From an uncultured Poribacteria bacterium (GTDB taxonomy: Bacteria > Poribacteria > WGA-4E > WGA-3G): a stretch of 32,000 bases of DNA. Both the position numbers and the translations under genes were made by a program. The stretch spans positions 3,340,536 through 3,372,535 of the forward strand of contig CATQHZ020000001.1 of the NCBI GenBank assembly GCA_958296135.2. The letters run 5' to 3'. Positions 28,321 to 32,000 of the stretch are shown here, piece after piece. The number at the start of each line of letters is the position of its first letter. The stretch's first letter is position 1. The notes below the pieces were generated by a model. That model did no database searches. It had not been told where the DNA came from and saw only the letters and a list, made by a program, of their open reading frames with translations.

Positions 28321-29796
28321 TTAACTCTCCGGTCGCATCTGTGGAAACAGAATGACATCCCGAATGGAGTATTGGTTTGTGAGCAACATCGTGAGCCGGT
28401 CAATCCCGATGCCGAGGCCGCCGGTGGGTGGCATACCGTATTCCAAAGCGCGGAGGTAATCTTCGTCCAACATGAACGCCTCTTCGTCGCCATTCTCTAA
28501 CCGATTTGCCTGCTCAATGAAGCGTTGACGCTGATCGACCGGGTCATTTAGTTCGCTAAAGGCGTTGCCAACTTCCATGCCACTGATGAAAAATTCAAAG
28601 CGTTCCACGAATGCGGGATTATCGGGCTTTTTCTTCGCGAACGGAGATACCTCAATCGGGTAATCGGTGATGAACGTCGGCTGAATCAGTTTCGGTTCGA
28701 CGAACGCGTCGAAGAGCTCGGCAATGATTTCCCCCTTGGATTCATCACCGGCCAAAGCAACCCCGGCGTTGACAGCCTCCGAGTAAAGTGCATCGGCGGA
28801 CAGCGCCCCCGGGTCGAGGTTTTCGCTATGCTCCCGAATAGACTCTATCATAGTGAGTCTGCGCCAGGGCGGCGTGAAATCGATTTCATGCTCCTGATAG
28901 GGAATTTTGGTTGTGCCGTGGATGCGCGCCACCGTATTCGCGATGAGTGTCTCTGTCAACGCCATTATCTGGCGATAGTCGGCGTAAGCCTGATAGAGTT
29001 CCAGCATTGTAAATTCAGGGTTGTGGTCCCTGTCCATGCCTTCATTTCGGAAGTCGCGCGAGAATTCGTAAACCCTGTCAAACCCGCCGACGATGAGCCT
29101 TTTGAGATAGAGCTCGTTTGCGATGCGCAAATAGAGGGACTGCGCCAGCGTATGGTGATACGTCGTGAAAGGGCGCGCGCTTGCGCCACCGTAGATAGGT
29201 TGGAGCACCGGTGTCTCCACTTCAATAAAATTTTGCGCGTTGAGCATGTCCCGAATCGCTTGGACAATTTGTGTCCGCTTGATAAAGACGTTCTTTACCT
29301 CCGGGTTCATGATGAGATCGGCGTAACGTTGCCGATAGCGCGTCTGTTTGTCTTGCAAACCGTGCCATTTTTCGGGTAGGGGCCGGAGCGATTTGGAGAG
29401 CAGCTGCACCGCGTCAACGAGGACGGTGAGTTCCCCGGTGCGCGTCCGGAAAACCACGCCCTCAACCCCGATGATGTCGCCGACATCAAAGCGTCGATAA
29501 ATCAGATAAGGTTCCGCGCCGACTTTGTCGCGGCGGACGTAAATCTGGATGCGCCCCTCGCTGTCTTGTAGGTGCGCGAAGCTGCTTTTGCCGTGGTCGC
29601 GCTTCGTCATGATGCGGCCGGCGAGTCGGATGCGTTGCGTTTCGTCAGGTGTCTCTTGCGTCTCGGCGAAGTCTCGGTGAACCACCGATGTGGTGTGCGT
29701 CGGTTCGTATTTATGCGGATACGGCTCCACGCCGAATTCGCGAATCTCGTGCAATTTGTCGCGCCGCTGCTGAATTAGAGCCTTTGTTTCTTCCAA
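28321..29796 (-). CDS. lysS: Lysine--tRNA ligase, class II
   Basis: 491 aa with a TTG start and AGGAGGA 7-8 nt upstream. It has an OB-fold anticodon-binding N-domain and class II motifs (FRNEGMDRDHNPEFTMLE; GGLGIGIDRLTMLL). Confidence 0.95.
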   Translation of the reverse strand: MEETKALIQQRRDKLHEIREFGVEPYPHKYEPTHTTSVVHRDFAETQETPDETQRIRLAGRIMTKRDHGKSSFAHLQDSEGRIQIYVRRDKVGAEPYLIYRRFDVGDIIGVEGVVFRTRTGELTVLVDAVQLLSKSLRPLPEKWHGLQDKQTRYRQRYADLIMNPEVKNVFIKRTQIVQAIRDMLNAQNFIEVETPVLQPIYGGASARPFTTYHHTLAQSLYLRIANELYLKRLIVGGFDRVYEFSRDFRNEGMDRDHNPEFTMLELYQAYADYRQIMALTETLIANTVARIHGTTKIPYQEHEIDFTPPWRRLTMIESIREHSENLDPGALSADALYSEAVNAGVALAGDESKGEIIAELFDAFVEPKLIQPTFITDYPIEVSPFAKKKPDNPAFVERFEFFISGMEVGNAFSELNDPVDQRQRFIEQANRLENGDEEAFMLDEDYLRALEYGMPPTGGLGIGIDRLTMLLTNQYSIRDVILFPQMRPES

Positions 29797-29828
29797 CGGT
29801 TCTTCCTCCTTTCCTTTTGGCTGTTTTA

Positions 29829-29857
29829 ATTATACCTTAATTTTCGTGATAAGTCAA
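29829..29857 (-). promoter_or_regulatory. Near-consensus sigma70 promoter for lysS
   Basis: On the minus strand: TTGACT (29857-29852), 17-nt spacer, TATAAT (29834-29829). Confidence 0.55.
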
Positions 29858-29918
29858 CCGAAAAATTTGCGATGTCTGTTTTCACGGGCTGCGAGCGGTT
29901 TTTGGTTCTTCACGGCAC

Positions 29919-29946
29919 GGCGAGGAACAGGTTTCCCTCGCCCTAC
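29919..29946 (-). repeat. REP-type repeat between the prfB stop and the lysS promoter
   Basis: The plus strand reads GGCGAGGAACAGGTTTCCCTCGCCCTAC. It has a 7-bp stem, an enlarged loop and a CTAC tail. Confidence 0.7.
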
Positions 29947-29966
29947 GGTTCATCAAGGTTTTTCGG

Positions 29967-31071
29967 CTATTTCCGCTGTGCCTTCAACTTTAGGTACCCC
30001 TCAATGAAGGCATCTAATGCGCCATCCAACACCGCGTCAACATTGCCAGTCTCGATGTTTGTGCGCACATCCTTGACCCGCTGGTAGGGATGCAGGACAT
30101 AGGAGCGGATCTGGCTGCCGAAGTTAATATCGGGACGTTCGCTGCGCTGTTTGGCGAGTTCTGCATCGCGTTCTTCGCGATACCGTTCATAGAGCCGCGA
30201 ACGTAACAACTTCATCGCAATCTCCCGGTTCTTATGCTGTGAACGTTCATTTTGGCACTGCACGATAATCCCGGTAGGCTTGTGCATAATCCGAACGGCG
30301 GAATCGGTGACGTTGACGTGCTGTCCGCCTGCGCCGCTCGCGCGGTAGCAATCGATGCGAAGCTCTTCGGCTTGGATGTCCACCGCCACCGTGTCATCAA
30401 TCTCGGGCGTAACGTCAATCGCGGCGAAGGAGGTATGCCGGCGGTTGTTAAAATCAAACGGTGATAGCCGCACGAGCCGGTGGACTCCCGCTTCGGCTTG
30501 TAGATATCCGTAGGCGGCTGCGCCCGCAACGAGAATAGTCGCGCCTTTAATGCCCGCCTCATCGTCCGTCGTCACATCGACGATTTCGGTTTTATAGCCA
30601 CGCCTGTCGCACCACCGGAGATACATCCGCATAAGCATCTCAGCCCAATCTTGCGCGTCAATCCCGCCGGCCCCGGAGTGGATACTGAGAATGGCGTTAT
30701 TTTCGTCAAACTCGCCGGTGAGCAGTAAACGGAGTTCCATTTTCTCCAAACGGTTCGTCGCCGCCGCCAAGCCGCTGGAGAGTTCGGCGTGTAAGGTGGT
30801 ATCGTCTTCCTCAATGGCGAGTTCCAGCCAGGACGCTAATTCCTCAATCTCGCTGTTCAGTTTTTCATAGTCGGCGATTTCCTCTCGGAGGAAGGCGATG
30901 CGCTTGTTCACCTTTTGGACGCGTTGCGGGTTCTTCCAAAAATCAGGCGCGAGCGCGTCGTCTTCTAACCCCGCCAATTCATTCTGTTTTTCAGCCAGGT
31001 CAAAGATACCCTCGGAGTTCAAGCAACCGGGTGCGCATTTCTTCGACCTGGGTTTTAAGTTCTACAAGCAT
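29967..31071 (-). CDS. prfB: Peptide chain release factor 2, requiring programmed +1 frameshift: join(31071..31003, 31001..29967)
   Basis: The frame-0 leader is MLVELKTQVEEMRTRLLELRGYL, followed by an in-frame TGA (31002-31000). The +1 frame continues DLAEKQNELAGL... through the 351-aa ORF-track ORF, which carries the SPF-type region and the GGQ motif (SGAGGQHVN). The total is about 367 aa. Confidence 0.9.
30999..31014 (-). promoter_or_regulatory. prfB autoregulatory +1 frameshift site
   Basis: The minus strand reads CGA GGG TAT CTT TGA C. This is an SD-like GAGGG, then the slippery CTT, then the in-frame UGA followed by C. Layout is the same as the E. coli AGG GGG UAU CUU UGA C. Confidence 0.9.
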
Positions 31072-32000
31072 CTATTCTTTTCTCCCTTCGTAAATTTTCC
31101 ATGCGAGCCATCCGATGCAGAGCATCGCGCAAAGGATCGGAAACCAATCGCCGTAGCGCGTATAAAGCGTCTGCCCGCCTGCTGCCGTATCCCCATGGGC
31201 GAGAGGCACACGCGCAACGAGAACCTCTTGCGTAGCGTTCGGCGTAATCAGCGGCGTTAGCGTCCTGCCGAATTTATCAACGACACCTGACACTCCGCCG
31301 TTCGCGCAGCGGAACACAGCAATGCGATTCTCCACCGCGCGGAAAGGTGCCATAGCGAAATGCTGTTCCGGGAACGCTGTCCCGACAAACCAAGCGTCAT
31401 TCGTGAGGATGCCCATCACGCTCGCACCTTCCTTGACGAACTTGCGAAAGTGGTCTGGAAAAACAGACTCGAAGCAAATCGCAACGCCAATGTCAATTCC
31501 CTCGGTGCCGTTTCTTTTAACGTTTGACAGCGATAAAAGGTTTACTTTTTTTCCCGGCTCAAACGGTTCAAAGAGGATAAAGTTCGGGACAAAGTCAGGA
31601 ATAAACCTTGCTAAAGGCACATATTCCCCGAAAGGAACGAGGTGCATTTTGTCATATTGCCCGAGTGCTTCCGCTTGCGGTGATAGCAAAAAGACGCTGT
31701 TGTAAAGTTTCTTTGATTCATCACGATGGGTTGTCCCGATAAGGAACGGAACCCCGGTCTCTCGCAGCAGCCGCCTAAACCTGCCGTGGGAGGCTGGCCA
31801 CGCCCCTGTCACTACTTTCTCTCGCACCGCGGTTTCAGGCCACACAATGAGCTCGGGTGACACCGCGCTTGCTTGCTCTGTCAGCGTTATATAGCGGCGC
31901 AATATGGCCGGCACTTCATTACGGTTCCATTTCCGAAGTTGCGGAATGTTGCCGGGGACGAGCGCGACGTTTAAATCGTTTTGGCCTGGGGACGCGCTTT
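31072..32000 (-). CDS. lnt: Apolipoprotein N-acyltransferase, C-terminal part (5' end beyond the window)
   Basis: The reading frame stays open to the window edge. Translation upstream of the ORF-track start reads ...LNVALVPGNIPQLRKWNRNE, the conserved Lnt motif. It is followed by the CN-hydrolase domain (LIVWPETAV; CFESVFP) and a C-terminal TM. The stop TAG (31074-31072) abuts the prfB ATG. Confidence 0.85.
   Translation of the reverse strand, partial: SASPGQNDLNVALVPGNIPQLRKWNRNEVPAILRRYITLTEQASAVSPELIVWPETAVREKVVTGAWPASHGRFRRLLRETGVPFLIGTTHRDESKKLYNSVFLLSPQAEALGQYDKMHLVPFGEYVPLARFIPDFVPNFILFEPFEPGKKVNLLSLSNVKRNGTEGIDIGVAICFESVFPDHFRKFVKEGASVMGILTNDAWFVGTAFPEQHFAMAPFRAVENRIAVFRCANGGVSGVVDKFGRTLTPLITPNATQEVLVARVPLAHGDTAAGGQTLYTRYGDWFPILCAMLCIGWLAWKIYEGRKE

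Noticed and set aside
1-32000. tRNA, rRNA, tmRNA, RNase P or other standard RNA genes, transposases, integrases and prophage remnants
   Set aside because: None of the longer intergenic regions (3958-4241, 4896-5204, 7569-7939, 14938-15263, 20870-21058, 29797-29966) shows cloverleaf-like or otherwise recognisable RNA-gene sequence by eye. No ORF resembles a transposase or integrase. A covariance-model scan would be needed to exclude small RNAs.

Overview
This 32-kb window is a chromosomal segment from a moderately GC-rich diderm bacterium, since BamA, Skp, LpxD, LolD/LolE-type and Lnt are all present. I cannot assign a taxon from the sequence alone. Gene content is mostly housekeeping. On the plus strand there is a BMP-family binding lipoprotein with a double-NBD ABC ATPase, an amidohydrolase, and a small repeat-rich islet of orphan genes at about 3.7-6.1 kb. 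Further along the plus strand are an SMP-30/gluconolactonase, a SAM methyltransferase, a PIG-L deacetylase and a mini di-haem cytochrome c. On the minus strand there is a PhyH-HEAT fusion, a tandem-PurS protein, prmA and a frameshifted orphan Dam-type methyltransferase. These are followed by one long co-directional block, in transcription order: lnt (partial), prfB, lysS, GNAT, Uma2, lolE-like, lolD, ilvE, bamA, skp, lpxD, UbiA prenyltransferase, SpoU-fusion, GGGPS-like, grpE, dnaJ. I recognised no rRNA, tRNA, CRISPR array, transposase or integrase. The most noteworthy observations are these. (1) A GGGPS-like gene and a DGGGPS-like UbiA gene (archaeal-type ether-lipid enzymes) sit where fabZ-lpxA normally follow bamA-skp-lpxD. 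(2) A dense GTAG-headed REP hairpin family shows compensatory stem variants, and two copies are retained in-frame inside the ABC ATPase gene. (3) A longer composite REP variant lies in the predicted 5' leaders of two unrelated genes. (4) A second, roughly 85-nt intergenic repeat family has three copies. (5) An orphan Dam-like methylase is broken at a C5 homopolymer. (6) A fused PurS-PurS protein is present. (7) prfB carries the classical +1 frameshift, which the ORF track misses. (8) A translationally coupled orphan pair encodes a 2-TM protein and a Pro-rich ORF. I did not find a complete, clearly novel multi-gene system. The candidates above are flagged with modest confidence and explicit tests.
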